Assembly (NCBI GenBank): GCA_035604215.1 | Contig: DATNIW010000042.1 | Coordinates: 1,975 to 65,974, forward strand | Length of the DNA stretch: 64,000 nucleotides | Origin: Fibrobacteria bacterium | Lineage (GTDB): Bacteria; Fibrobacterota; Fibrobacteria; UBA5070 | Direction of reading: 5' to 3' | Shown here: positions 1-11,206 of the stretch, one piece after another | How the letters are laid out: every line of letters starts with the position of its first letter | Position numbering within the stretch: the stretch's first letter is position 1 | Program-made: the position numbers and the translations under genes | The notes under the pieces: model-generated | The model's input: only the letters and a program-made list of their open reading frames with translations | Databases searched by the model: none | What the model was told of the DNA's origin: nothing

Positions 1-1686
<1,686 letters not shown>

Positions 1687-1821
1687 AGGGCGTGAAAGTT
1701 AGATTCGGCCCCGAAGCCCGCGGTTGCCCGGGAACACCCCGTTCCCCGCGTGGCCGCATTCCTCCCGCAAGATCGGAAGTGGGGAGCGGGATCCGGGGAC
1801 TTCGAATTAGGTTGATGGCTC

Positions 1822-3078
1822 ATGTTGGCTCTGTCCCGGTCCATCTCTCCCTCTCGGAGCCTGTCCGAGCCGGCGAGGGCGACTCGAACTCTTTCCATTG
1901 ATCCGCCGGGGTCCGGACGGGTCCGCGTGGGCTATGTGTTGACCGCCCTCTGCGAAGGCGGCTTGGAGCGGTTCACCCTGGAACTCGCCCGCCGGCTGCC
2001 CAGGGACAGATTCCAGCCCATCGTGTTCTGCCTGACCCCGCTGGCACCCTGGGCGGATCGATTCCGCGAAGCCGACGTTCCCATCCTGACCTACGATGCC
2101 CGGAACAAGCCTGGACTCGCCTCGGCATGGCCGAACCTGCGGACGCTTCTCCGGCTGGCGAGGGACTTCCGCCGCGAACGGATCCAAATCGTGCACACGT
2201 GCGACTTCTATCCTGCGGCGATCGGGCGGCTCGCCGCGCTGCTGGCGAGGGTTCCGGGTCGGGTGCACACCCTGCACAGTCTCTACGACTGGTATCCGGG
2301 GTGGGCGCACCAGGTCAACCGGTTGTTGGCCACGCGCACCCACCAGGTGACCGCCGTTTCCCACCCCGTGTTGGAGTCGTCGCTGCGGCTGGACAAGCTG
2401 CCTTCCGAGAAGTACAGGCTCGTCCACAACGGCGTGGACGGGGAGGAATTCAAACCGAAGCCGGAATCGCGAAGGGAGCTCCGGGAGATGTTGGGAATCC
2501 AACCCTCGGCCCGGATCATCGCGACCGTGGGGGCGTACACCGAACGAAAAGGGCATCGGACCGTGGCGGAGGCCGTCCTGCCGCTCATGGTGGATGATCC
2601 GCTCCTCCACCTGGTCCTGATCGGCACCGTCCCCGAACCGGAGTTCGACCTTCGTCCCGAACTCGTCGAAATGTTCCGATCGGCGGGGATGGCAAGCCGT
2701 CTGCACATGCCCGGACCCCTCGACGACGTGCGATCGGCCTACTGCGGCTGCGATGTCTTCTGCATGGCCAGCCTGGTGGAAGGACTGAGCCTGGCCTGCA
2801 TCGAAGCCCAGATGTGCAGTTGCCTGTGCGTCTTCTCCGACATCCCCTCGTTCCGCGAGGTCGTCCAGGACGGGAACAACGGATTCCTGTTCCCAGTGGG
2901 GGATGCACGAGCCCTGCGGCGCACGTTCACCCAAGCCCTGAACCTTCCCAGGGAGAGGGAAGAGGCCATCCGGGGACAGGCGAGGGCCCTGGCCGTCGAA
3001 CGATTTCCGATCGAATCGACCATCGCGAGCTACGTGGGCATCTACGAAGAGGTGATGGGCGGAACCGACGGGGGCTGA
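1822..3078 (+). CDS. Glycosyltransferase family 1 (GT4-like, GT-B fold)
   Basis: 418-aa ORF. The C-terminal half has the typical GT4 pattern (IATVGAYTERKGH, LVLIGT, VFCMASLVEGLSLACIEAQMCSCLCVFSDIPSFREVVQDGNNGFLF). The first ~35 codons look non-native, so GTG at 1927 (GYVLTAL) is an alternative start. Confidence 0.8.
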   Translation: MLALSRSISPSRSLSEPARATRTLSIDPPGSGRVRVGYVLTALCEGGLERFTLELARRLPRDRFQPIVFCLTPLAPWADRFREADVPILTYDARNKPGLASAWPNLRTLLRLARDFRRERIQIVHTCDFYPAAIGRLAALLARVPGRVHTLHSLYDWYPGWAHQVNRLLATRTHQVTAVSHPVLESSLRLDKLPSEKYRLVHNGVDGEEFKPKPESRRELREMLGIQPSARIIATVGAYTERKGHRTVAEAVLPLMVDDPLLHLVLIGTVPEPEFDLRPELVEMFRSAGMASRLHMPGPLDDVRSAYCGCDVFCMASLVEGLSLACIEAQMCSCLCVFSDIPSFREVVQDGNNGFLFPVGDARALRRTFTQALNLPREREEAIRGQARALAVERFPIESTIASYVGIYEEVMGGTDGG

Positions 3079-4103
3079 CCGGGGAGCTGGCCGCCGCTCG
3101 AAAAGAGGCTGGCGAGGATCGGCACCAAGCCCATCGACCCCGAGATCGTCCTCGGGACCTCGATGCCGACGGCCGAGAGGAAGAGGACGAACGCCAAGGC
3201 GCCGATGGCCCAGAACGCTCCGTTTTCCAGATGGGCGAACCGCGACAAGGTGCCCATCTCCACCATGGCGAGTGTGAGCGATCTCACGAACATCGCCCCG
3301 ATCCCCAATCCCAGGGCGATGATGTAGAGATCGTCGCTGATGGCGAACGCGCCGACGACACCGTCCAAGGAGAAGGATGCGTCGAGGACTTCGAGGTAGA
3401 GGAACCCGGACAGTCCTCCGAGAATGGCCGCGGTGCCCGCGGATCCACGCCCCAGCAGGTTTCCCAACCCCTCCACCAGGAGGTGCGCCAGCATGCCGGC
3501 CATGGCGGCGGCGAGGAAGGACGAGGCGTCCCGCGCCGGTACGAAGACGTGGGCGGCCAGGCAGAGCGCCAGGGCCGACCAGACCCATGCAGACTTCATG
3601 CGGCCGATCCGCGCCAGGCCCCGCTCCATCCACCCCAGCCAGTGGCGTTCCTTCCGGGCGTCCATGAAGAACCGGAAAAAGACCATCCAGAGGAAGGCAC
3701 CGCCGAATCCGGCCACTTTGGCGTGCTGGGCGACGAGGACGCTGCGGAACGCCTGGGGGTCCTTCCAGGTGGAGGCCGCGACCTCGAGGAGTGGCCGATC
3801 CCCCACCGCCCAGACGATCAGCAGCGGAAAGAGGATCCGCATGCCGAAGACGGCGACCGCCATCCCCGCGGTCACGAACATCCTGCGCCAGAATCTGTTC
3901 ATTCGTCCGAGGATCCGGGCGTTGACCACCGCGTTGTCCAGGGAGAGCGAAGTCTCCAGAACGCCCAGGATGGCCGCGGCGTACAGCGCGGAGATCCCGG
4001 AAGACAGTTCGCGATCCCTGCCGTACCCCACGCCGAACGCCGCCGCCAGGGCGAGGAAGCCGAAGGCGGCGCTGCCCGAGAAGCGACGGAGGATCCACCT
4101 CAC
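3042..4103 (-). CDS. DUF475 / TerC-superfamily integral membrane protein
   Basis: 3' part of the 604-aa ORF 3042..4856. The GTG start at 4103 overlaps the upstream gene's stop (GTGA). Multi-TM protein with duplicated motifs LETSLSLDNAVVNA and LDASFSLDGVVGAFAIS. Confidence 0.7.
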   Translation of the reverse strand: MRWILRRFSGSAAFGFLALAAAFGVGYGRDRELSSGISALYAAAILGVLETSLSLDNAVVNARILGRMNRFWRRMFVTAGMAVAVFGMRILFPLLIVWAVGDRPLLEVAASTWKDPQAFRSVLVAQHAKVAGFGGAFLWMVFFRFFMDARKERHWLGWMERGLARIGRMKSAWVWSALALCLAAHVFVPARDASSFLAAAMAGMLAHLLVEGLGNLLGRGSAGTAAILGGLSGFLYLEVLDASFSLDGVVGAFAISDDLYIIALGLGIGAMFVRSLTLAMVEMGTLSRFAHLENGAFWAIGALAFVLFLSAVGIEVPRTISGSMGLVPILASLFSSGGQLPGQPPSVPPITSS

Positions 4104-5113
4104 GCCCGGATTCCCGGGACCAGGCCCAGGAACACGTCCAGGATGTGGAAGTGGTCCTCGAAGAAGCGGTCTTCCATGCCGGGAAGCTCCGATTGCGCCA
4201 CCCAGCGCGCGGAACCGACATCGCCCCCTCGGATCGGCTCCGGAAGAATTTCCCAATCCGGCTCGAAGAGAAACGCGTTGGTGGCGATCCTCGCCCTCTG
4301 GCTGCGGTCGGGATGCGAAAAGACCGCCTCGCGGACGGGGTCGCCGCCCACCACGATCCCCGTCTCCCGGGCGAGCACGCGCCTCGCGCCCGATTCCAGG
4401 CTTTCGCCGGGCTCGGGGAATCCACCGGGCAGGGCTTCCAGCCCGCGTCCGGGGCGGTGGCCGCGGGTGGTCAGAAGCACGCGCCCCCGGGACCGCACGA
4501 CGGCATCCATCGCAACGAACGGACCACGTCCTCCGAGGCTCCCGAAGGAGAGGATCGCCTGCCGATCCTGCGCCAGTTCCCCTCTCCAGGGACCCCGCAT
4601 CCATCCCGCGATCCACTCCACGGCGGGTGCCGGGAGGACCCCCGCAAGCCTGGCGAGGACGGCCTCCGAGGGAAGGTCGGAGAGGATCCATTCCCGCAAA
4701 GGGGTCGCGTCCAGCGGGCCCAGGCGTCCGGTCTCCACTTCCGTCCATTCCGGGAACGTTCCCAGGTAGGAACTCGAATGGTCCTTCCGGTGACCGACCA
4801 GCGCCGTACGGCCCCCGCCCACGGCCTCCACCGCGGCCCGCACTTCGCTGGACCACCTCCGGACATCCCAGACGTCGCGCTGACCCGCCACCACCAGCCG
4901 CTTGTTGTCGGATTCCGTCAAGGTGGCGCGGATCATGGCCTCGCGTTCGGCGGCCGTGAAGGGGTTGCGCGGGGTGCGCGCCGCGTGCGCGGAACCCAGC
5001 ACCATCACCACCCGCGGCGCGGTCCGGAAGGCCACCGCCAGCAACGCGGCGTGCCCGGAGTGGAACGGCTGGAACCGACCGATCAGGACGGCGGTGTCGA
5101 ATCCGTTCGGCAC
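4100..5113 (-). CDS. nadM: Bifunctional NMN adenylyltransferase / Nudix hydrolase (NadM-Nudix type)
   Basis: 337 aa. N-terminal IGRFQPFHSGH nucleotidyltransferase motif. C-terminal Nudix fold (GGFPEPGESLESGARRVLARETGI). Confidence 0.8.
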   Translation of the reverse strand: MPNGFDTAVLIGRFQPFHSGHAALLAVAFRTAPRVVMVLGSAHAARTPRNPFTAAEREAMIRATLTESDNKRLVVAGQRDVWDVRRWSSEVRAAVEAVGGGRTALVGHRKDHSSSYLGTFPEWTEVETGRLGPLDATPLREWILSDLPSEAVLARLAGVLPAPAVEWIAGWMRGPWRGELAQDRQAILSFGSLGGRGPFVAMDAVVRSRGRVLLTTRGHRPGRGLEALPGGFPEPGESLESGARRVLARETGIVVGGDPVREAVFSHPDRSQRARIATNAFLFEPDWEILPEPIRGGDVGSARWVAQSELPGMEDRFFEDHFHILDVFLGLVPGIRA

Positions 5114-5120
5114 CGGCGGC

Positions 5121-8100
5121 TCAGACCTTCACCACCGCCAGGTCCAGGTCGATCCCGTCGATCCGGATCCCCGTGGCGGCGGTCCGGACGAACTCCAGGC
5201 TGTCGGCCTGCACTTCGAGCGCGATGGCGGGACCGTGCGCCTCGACGACCGCGGCGAGATCGTCGGATGCGCAGAGGACCTTGACGAGGATCCGGTCGGT
5301 CACGGCGAGATCGAGATCCTTGCGGTGGGCCTGGAGCCGGCTCTGGAGTTCGCGGGCCAGGCCTTCCCTCCGGAGCTCCGGTGTGAGCACGGGATCGAGG
5401 GCCACGGTGAGGTCCTCCGCCGCTTCCACGACCAGGTCGCCTCTCGTGGTCCGATCGATCAGCAGGTCGTCGGGGCCCAGGTCGTGGCCTGCGACGGAAA
5501 TCGTCTCCCCCGTCGCGGCTCTGCGCAGGGTCTCGGCGTCCAGCGCCTTCAGCCCCTCCCCTACTGTCCTGAGGGAGGAGCCGAGGCGTTTGCCCAGCGT
5601 CTTGAAGTTGGGGCGCACGGACAAGGTGACCAGGTGGGTCTCGTCGCGCTCGATGCGGAGCTCCTTGACGTTCAGTTCTTCCAGGATCACCTCGCGCATC
5701 GCCAGGAGATCCCGTTCGGCTTCGTCGGAACGGGGCACCACGGTGAGGGAAGCGAGCGGCTGGCGCACCTTGAGATCGTGCTTGGAGCGGAGGCTGCGGC
5801 CGTGCTCCACCGCGATGCGCGCGAGCTTCACGCGACGCGTCCCCACCGGGTCCCGGAGGGATTCGTCGGGACGGGGCATGTCGCAGTGGTGCACGGAACG
5901 AGGGAGCGAGGGATCCACCTCCGCCGCGAGGATCTGCCAGATCTCCTCGGCCAGGAAGGGAAGGTACGGAGCGAGCACCTTGGCGAAATCCACCAGAACC
6001 CTGTGCAGGGTGGCGTAGGCCGCGGACTTGTCGCCGTCGTCGTCGCTCTTCCAGAAGCGACGGCGGCTGCGTCGGATGTACCAGTTGGTGAGGCTGTCCA
6101 CGAACCGCACCACCTCCGGCACCACGTTGTAGAGCCGGAATCCCTCCATTTCCCGTTCCACCGCGGCCAGCAGGTCCTGGAGTTCCGCCAGGATCCAGCG
6201 GTCCAGGTCGGAAAGCGGCAGGGCCGACAGTTCCTGTCCTGGCGTCCAGGTCAACTGTCCCTTGGAGCGGTCGGCGTTGTGGTAGGTGCAGAAGAGGGAG
6301 ACGGAGTGCCACAGGGGAAGCAGCACCGAGCGCACCACCTCGCGCACCCCTGCTTCGGAGAAGCGCAGCTCCTCCCCCTTCACCGCCGCGGAGTCGATGA
6401 GGTACATGCGCAGCGGATCGGCGCCGATGGACTCCAGGACCTCGTTGGGATCCGGGTAGTTCTTCAGCCGCTTGGACATCTTCTGTCCATCCTCGGCCAG
6501 GATGATCCCGTTCACGACGACGTTCAGGAACGCGGGCCCCTGGAACAGCGCGGCGCCCAGGACGGTGAGGGTGTAGAACCAGCCGCGGGTCTGGTCCAGG
6601 CCCTCCGCGATGAAGTCGGCGGGGAAGAGGTCCGGGAATCCCCGGGCGTTCTCGAACGGGTAGTGCATCTGCGCGTAGGGCATGGAACCGGACTCGAACC
6701 AGCAGTCCAGCACCTCGCTGGTGCGCCGGTAGACCTCGCCTTCGGGATCGAACGCGGTCCCGTCCGAGGTCCGGATCTCGATGGAATCGATGAAGTGGGT
6801 GTGCAGATCGGAGATGGTGGCGGGATCCCTTCCGGAAAGCCTCGCCAACTCGGCGACGGACCCGATGCACAGCAGCTTGCCTTCCCCGGACTTCCAGACC
6901 GGGATGGGCGTGCCCCAGAACCGGTTGCGGGACAGGTTCCAGTCGCGCGCTCCGTCCAGCCACTTCCCGAACCGACCATCCTTGATGTGCGAGGGAACCC
7001 AGGTGATCTGCTGGTTGGATTCGATCATCCACTGCTTGAGGGACTTGGTGACCCCTTCGCCGTTCGTCACCGGTCGGTCCACGCCCAGGAACCAGGTGCG
7101 CATGGCGCGGTACAGCAACGGCACGCCGGTCCGATAGCAGTGGGGATAGCTGTGGACCAGGGTCTCGTGCAGGAAGACGAGTCCCCGGTCCTTCAGGGCG
7201 GCGACGATGTCCTTGTCGGCGTCCTTGGCTTCCCGGCCCTTCCATTCGGGCACCAGATCCGTGAATCGGCCGTCGGCGTCCAGCGGGTCCCAAAGGCCCA
7301 GGCCCAGGGTCTGGCCCAATTGGAAATCCTCCTCGCCGAACGAAGGCGCGATGTGCACCGCTCCGGCGCCGTCCTCCGTGGACACGAAGTCGGCCAGCAC
7401 CAGCGTGTACTGCCTCTCGGAAAGCCGAGGAGCGCATGTGAACAGCGGGCGGTAGGCTCGACCGGCCAGCTCCGCTCCCTTGCGGCGCTCGAGGACCTCC
7501 ACGTTCGCCGCGTCGAAGTAGGCCGCAAGCCTGGGTTCCGCGATCCAGTAGACGCCCGACGCGTGCCGGATCTTGACGTATTCGATCTCCGGCCCCAGCG
7601 CCACCGCCAGGTTGGACGGAAGGGTCCAGGGCGTGGTGGTCCAGACCAGGAAGGCCGCTTCGTCTGGATCGCCCTCCAGGAAGAACTTCAGGGTGAGCGA
7701 CGGATCCTGCCGGTCGCGATAGCCCTGGTTGACCTCGAAGTTCGAGAGCGGAGTCGCGAGCTTGGGGGAGTAGGGCACGACGCGATAGCCTTCGTAGATC
7801 AGGCCCTTGTCGAAGCACTCCTTGAAGACCCACCATACGGATTCCATGAAGGACGGATCCATGGTCCGGTAGCCGCCCTTGAAGTGCACCCAGCGACCCA
7901 TGCGCCGGACGGTCTTTTCCCATTCGCCGGTGTAGCGCAGCACGATGGAACGGCAAGCTTCGTTGAACCTGTCGATGCCGTAGGCCTTGATCTCGGCCAG
8001 GCCCGCGAGGTTCAGGTTGTTCTGGATCTCCGTCTCCACGGGAACGCCGTGGACGTCCCACCCGAAGCGTCTGTCCACCCGGTGGCCGCGCATGCTCCAG

Positions 8101-8318
8101 TAGCGCGGCACGATGTCCTTCAGGGTGCCGGCGAGGAGATGCCCGTAGTGCGGAAGGCCCGTCGCGAAGGGGGGGCCGTCGTAGAAATGGAAGGCCGGCG
8201 CGTCGCGTCGGACGGCTTCCTGGCCCTCGAAGGCCTTGGTGTCGTCCCAGAATGCCAGGATCCGGCGTTCGATCTCCGGGAAGGAGACGTTCTTCTCTGG
8301 TTCTCGGAACTGCAGCAT
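5121..8318 (-). CDS. ileS: Isoleucyl-tRNA synthetase, type 2 (eukaryote-like)
   Basis: Last 1065 codons of ORF 5121..9023, starting at MLQFREPEKNVSFPEIE. Has the PHYGH (HIGH) motif, KMSKR and the FYDGPPFATGLPHYGHLLAGTLKDIVPRYW block. Confidence 0.95.
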   Translation of the reverse strand: MLQFREPEKNVSFPEIERRILAFWDDTKAFEGQEAVRRDAPAFHFYDGPPFATGLPHYGHLLAGTLKDIVPRYWSMRGHRVDRRFGWDVHGVPVETEIQNNLNLAGLAEIKAYGIDRFNEACRSIVLRYTGEWEKTVRRMGRWVHFKGGYRTMDPSFMESVWWVFKECFDKGLIYEGYRVVPYSPKLATPLSNFEVNQGYRDRQDPSLTLKFFLEGDPDEAAFLVWTTTPWTLPSNLAVALGPEIEYVKIRHASGVYWIAEPRLAAYFDAANVEVLERRKGAELAGRAYRPLFTCAPRLSERQYTLVLADFVSTEDGAGAVHIAPSFGEEDFQLGQTLGLGLWDPLDADGRFTDLVPEWKGREAKDADKDIVAALKDRGLVFLHETLVHSYPHCYRTGVPLLYRAMRTWFLGVDRPVTNGEGVTKSLKQWMIESNQQITWVPSHIKDGRFGKWLDGARDWNLSRNRFWGTPIPVWKSGEGKLLCIGSVAELARLSGRDPATISDLHTHFIDSIEIRTSDGTAFDPEGEVYRRTSEVLDCWFESGSMPYAQMHYPFENARGFPDLFPADFIAEGLDQTRGWFYTLTVLGAALFQGPAFLNVVVNGIILAEDGQKMSKRLKNYPDPNEVLESIGADPLRMYLIDSAAVKGEELRFSEAGVREVVRSVLLPLWHSVSLFCTYHNADRSKGQLTWTPGQELSALPLSDLDRWILAELQDLLAAVEREMEGFRLYNVVPEVVRFVDSLTNWYIRRSRRRFWKSDDDGDKSAAYATLHRVLVDFAKVLAPYLPFLAEEIWQILAAEVDPSLPRSVHHCDMPRPDESLRDPVGTRRVKLARIAVEHGRSLRSKHDLKVRQPLASLTVVPRSDEAERDLLAMREVILEELNVKELRIERDETHLVTLSVRPNFKTLGKRLGSSLRTVGEGLKALDAETLRRAATGETISVAGHDLGPDDLLIDRTTRGDLVVEAAEDLTVALDPVLTPELRREGLARELQSRLQAHRKDLDLAVTDRILVKVLCASDDLAAVVEAHGPAIALEVQADSLEFVRTAATGIRIDGIDLDLAVVKV

Positions 8319-8456
8319 AGGGGGGCAAAGGTAGATCGAAGGCCCATCTGGATCGCTCTTCGCGGGGCGGCCGTTGACAATCCACCAACGATTCGCTTGT
8401 GGGCGAGGCTGGATTCGCCAGCACCATTTTTCCCTCGGCCGTATCGTTTCGGAACG

Positions 8457-8951
8457 ATGGAGCGTCCACCCAAATCGAAATCCGTGGCGGAATGGATCGA
8501 ACGCCTGGGATTGAAGCCCCACCCGGAGGGGGGATGGTACCGGGAAACCCACCGTTCCCACCAGATCGTGGAATCGCCCCGGCACGGGGAAAGGTCCGCA
8601 TTCACCTCGATTCTCTTCCTGCTGGAGCCGCCCCAGGTGTCCCGAATCCACCGCATCGACGCGGAGGAGCTTTGGAATTGGCACGCGGGTTCGCCCCTCA
8701 AGATCCACGTCTTCGGCGAAAACGGGGAGCGGGAGACCCGAGGGCTGGGACCGCGACCCGGCGATTGCTTCCAGACCGTCGTTCCCGCCAACCACTGGTT
8801 CGGCGCCGAACTGGAAGACGACCATGGATGGGCGCTGGTGGGGTGCGTCGTGGCGCCCGGATTCGAGTTCCCGCTGTTCCAGTTCGGGGATCGCCGACGG
8901 CTTTTGGGAGAATACCCCCTCCACGCCGAAACCATCCTCCGCCTGACTTGA
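8457..8951 (+). CDS. Cupin-fold protein, DUF985 family
   Basis: Only the last 164 codons of the 1349-aa ORF 4902..8951 are credible: MERPPKSKSVAEWIERLGLKPHPEGGWYRETHRS...WALVGCVVAPGFEFPLFQFG, the typical DUF985 pattern. Confidence 0.75.
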   Translation: MERPPKSKSVAEWIERLGLKPHPEGGWYRETHRSHQIVESPRHGERSAFTSILFLLEPPQVSRIHRIDAEELWNWHAGSPLKIHVFGENGERETRGLGPRPGDCFQTVVPANHWFGAELEDDHGWALVGCVVAPGFEFPLFQFGDRRRLLGEYPLHAETILRLT

Positions 8952-8958
8952 TCCTAAT

Positions 8959-11067
8959 TTGATCCCATCCATGTCCAGCTCCAGTCGAGCATCCGACATC
9001 CCGACCTTCGCTCTCATGGTCACCCGCCTGGATGGCTGGTACCAGAGCCAGGTGTGGCACGGGGCGTCCAGCGCGGCCAGGCTCCTGGGAGTGCGTCTCG
9101 TCGGTCTGGTGGGAAGCGCCTACGACGACCCGGAGACCAGAGGGGGTCCGGTCGAGATCTTCGACCTCGCCCGGATGAAGGAGATCGACGGTTACCTGAT
9201 CCCCACCGGCACGCTCTGCAACTTCACCGGACCCGCACCGGTTCTGGATCTTCTGCGTCGGCTTCCCAAGCGCCCCATCGTCAGCATCGGTCTGGAGATG
9301 CCCGGAATGGCCTCCGTGGTGCCGGACGGAGGCGGGATGGATTCCATCGCCCACCATCTCGCCGGCACCCACGGATTGCGCCGATTCGCCTACATCGGGG
9401 GGCCCGAATCGAATCCGGACGCCCGTCGGCGGTGGGGGGATTGGATCAAGACCTTGGCGGAGTACGGCATCGCACAGGATCCGTCCCTGGTGGAAACCGG
9501 CGACTTCACGCTGGAATCCGGCCGCGAGGCGGCGGATCGGATCCTGGGTAGGGCCCGCCTCCCCCAGGCGATCGTGTGCGCGAACGATCCGATGGCCCTG
9601 GGCGTGCGCAAGGCGCTGTCCAAGAGAGGCCTGCGCATCCCCCACGACGTCCTGCTGACCGGGTACGACGACATCGAGGAAGCGCGCACCATGGTGCCTC
9701 CGTTGACCACGGTGAAGGCCGGCACCTACCAGGTCGCCTTCCGGGCCATGGAGATGCTGCTGGACCTGCACCGCGGCGGAAAACCCAGTCAGGTGACCAC
9801 ACCCACCGACCTGGCCTTGAGACGCTCCTGCGGATGCCATGCCGGAGCGGCCACCACGTCGATCCCCCACCTGCTCGCGGAGTCCGCCGGGGTTCCCGCC
9901 CCGAACACGCTCCGGCAACTCCTGTCGAAGCCGGGTTCCCAGGACGCCTTCCTCGACCGCATGGAAGAGACCTTGGACGGCGCCGAGCACGCGGAGATCG
10001 ACCTTTGGGAGGAAAACCTCCTGCTCGCCGCGTGCCCGGTTCCTCCCCCCGAGGCCTCCCGCGCGCTGGTGGCCGCCGAGGCCCTGGTCTCGCAGGCGCG
10101 GCACAGCCTGGACACGCGCCGTCGGCAATCCCTGCAGTACCTGATGCGGGTGCAATTCCAGGCCATCCAGACGCTCACCTACGACATCCCTCGCGACGAG
10201 CTGCCCTACCGCATCGTCGACGCGTTGCAGCCCTTCGCGGAAAACCGCCTCCGCCTCCTCCTGTTCCGGTCGGATTTTTCGGCGATCCCCCTGTCGGAAG
10301 GATTCTCCCGGCCCTTCACCTTCGCCTTGGACACGCACAAGAGACGGATCGGCCCCCCCGGCCACGATCTTCTGCTCCCCCGCGACGACAAGCTCGCCGG
10401 CACCTGGGCGACGCTCTCCCTCTCGCTGGGGAACGAACACTTCGGTGTGGTCCAGGTACGGGACTGGAATTCGAACGAACTGTTCCTGGAAAGCCTCCGG
10501 CTTTCGCTCACGATGCTGCTGTCGGGCATCCAGAAGGCGGCGCGGGAAAACCAGATCAAGGAAGAGCTGGTACGGCTCGCGCGGCGCGACGACCTCACCG
10601 GCCTCCTGAACCGCCGGGGGCTTTTGGAGCAGGGGGCGATCCTGGTGCGGGCGGCCCAGCGGGGTCAACTGCGGATCGGCGTGGTGCTTTGCGACCTGGA
10701 CGGCCTGAAGGAGATCAACGACGTGTACGGACACGCCGACGGCGACATGGCCATCCGAAGCCTAGCCCGCGCGCTGGAGGACGGTTTCCGCCAGTCCGAC
10801 GTCGTCGCGAGGCTCGGCGGGGACGAATTCGCCGTCATTTCGCTGATCGCCGACGACGGGAACCTGGAGGGAGCCATCGCGAGGCTCCGCGAGGCGCTGG
10901 AACGCCGTTCGCACGAATTGGGAAGACCATGGACGGCACGGACGAGCGCCGGTTGGATGGCCTGGAACCCCGGCGATGGACAGGACCTGGACAGCGTGCT
11001 CGCCCAGGCGGATGCGCTCCTCTACCACGACAAGCGCGAGCGCAAGGCGGCCTCGCAGGGGTTCTGA
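8959..11067 (+). CDS. Cytoplasmic LacI-type sugar-binding domain protein fused to a GGDEF diguanylate cyclase
   Basis: 702 aa. Residues ~20-290 resemble the LacI/PurR effector-binding domain (RFAYIGGPESNPDARRRW, AIVCANDPMALGVRKAL, LLTGYDDIEEARTMVPPLTTV) without an HTH. The C-terminus is DDLTGLLNRRG...RLGGDEFAV with an RQSD I-site 5 residues upstream. Confidence 0.85.
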   Translation: MIPSMSSSSRASDIPTFALMVTRLDGWYQSQVWHGASSAARLLGVRLVGLVGSAYDDPETRGGPVEIFDLARMKEIDGYLIPTGTLCNFTGPAPVLDLLRRLPKRPIVSIGLEMPGMASVVPDGGGMDSIAHHLAGTHGLRRFAYIGGPESNPDARRRWGDWIKTLAEYGIAQDPSLVETGDFTLESGREAADRILGRARLPQAIVCANDPMALGVRKALSKRGLRIPHDVLLTGYDDIEEARTMVPPLTTVKAGTYQVAFRAMEMLLDLHRGGKPSQVTTPTDLALRRSCGCHAGAATTSIPHLLAESAGVPAPNTLRQLLSKPGSQDAFLDRMEETLDGAEHAEIDLWEENLLLAACPVPPPEASRALVAAEALVSQARHSLDTRRRQSLQYLMRVQFQAIQTLTYDIPRDELPYRIVDALQPFAENRLRLLLFRSDFSAIPLSEGFSRPFTFALDTHKRRIGPPGHDLLLPRDDKLAGTWATLSLSLGNEHFGVVQVRDWNSNELFLESLRLSLTMLLSGIQKAARENQIKEELVRLARRDDLTGLLNRRGLLEQGAILVRAAQRGQLRIGVVLCDLDGLKEINDVYGHADGDMAIRSLARALEDGFRQSDVVARLGGDEFAVISLIADDGNLEGAIARLREALERRSHELGRPWTARTSAGWMAWNPGDGQDLDSVLAQADALLYHDKRERKAASQGF

Positions 11068-11206
11068 GGAACACCGGGGTTCCACCACCGCGAATCGGGC
11101 GTTGGTGGGATGGCATCCGACGAGATATATTGGCGTTCGAAGGGCGCGCTTCCGTTCCACGCGATCGAGACGTTCCCGGATCCCACCCCATCCCTGGACA
11201 TTTCCC

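Noticed and set aside
1807-4425. 872-aa - strand ORF spanning the glycosyltransferase and DUF475 region
   Set aside because: R/G/P-rich low-complexity translation. It overlaps, antisense or out of frame, two genes with clear family signatures.
4902-8951. 1349-aa + strand ORF, plus the 1172-aa - strand ORF 5083..8601
   Set aside because: These are the antisense and the alternative frame of ileS. Only the last 164 codons of the + ORF (8457..8951, DUF985 cupin) look like a real protein.
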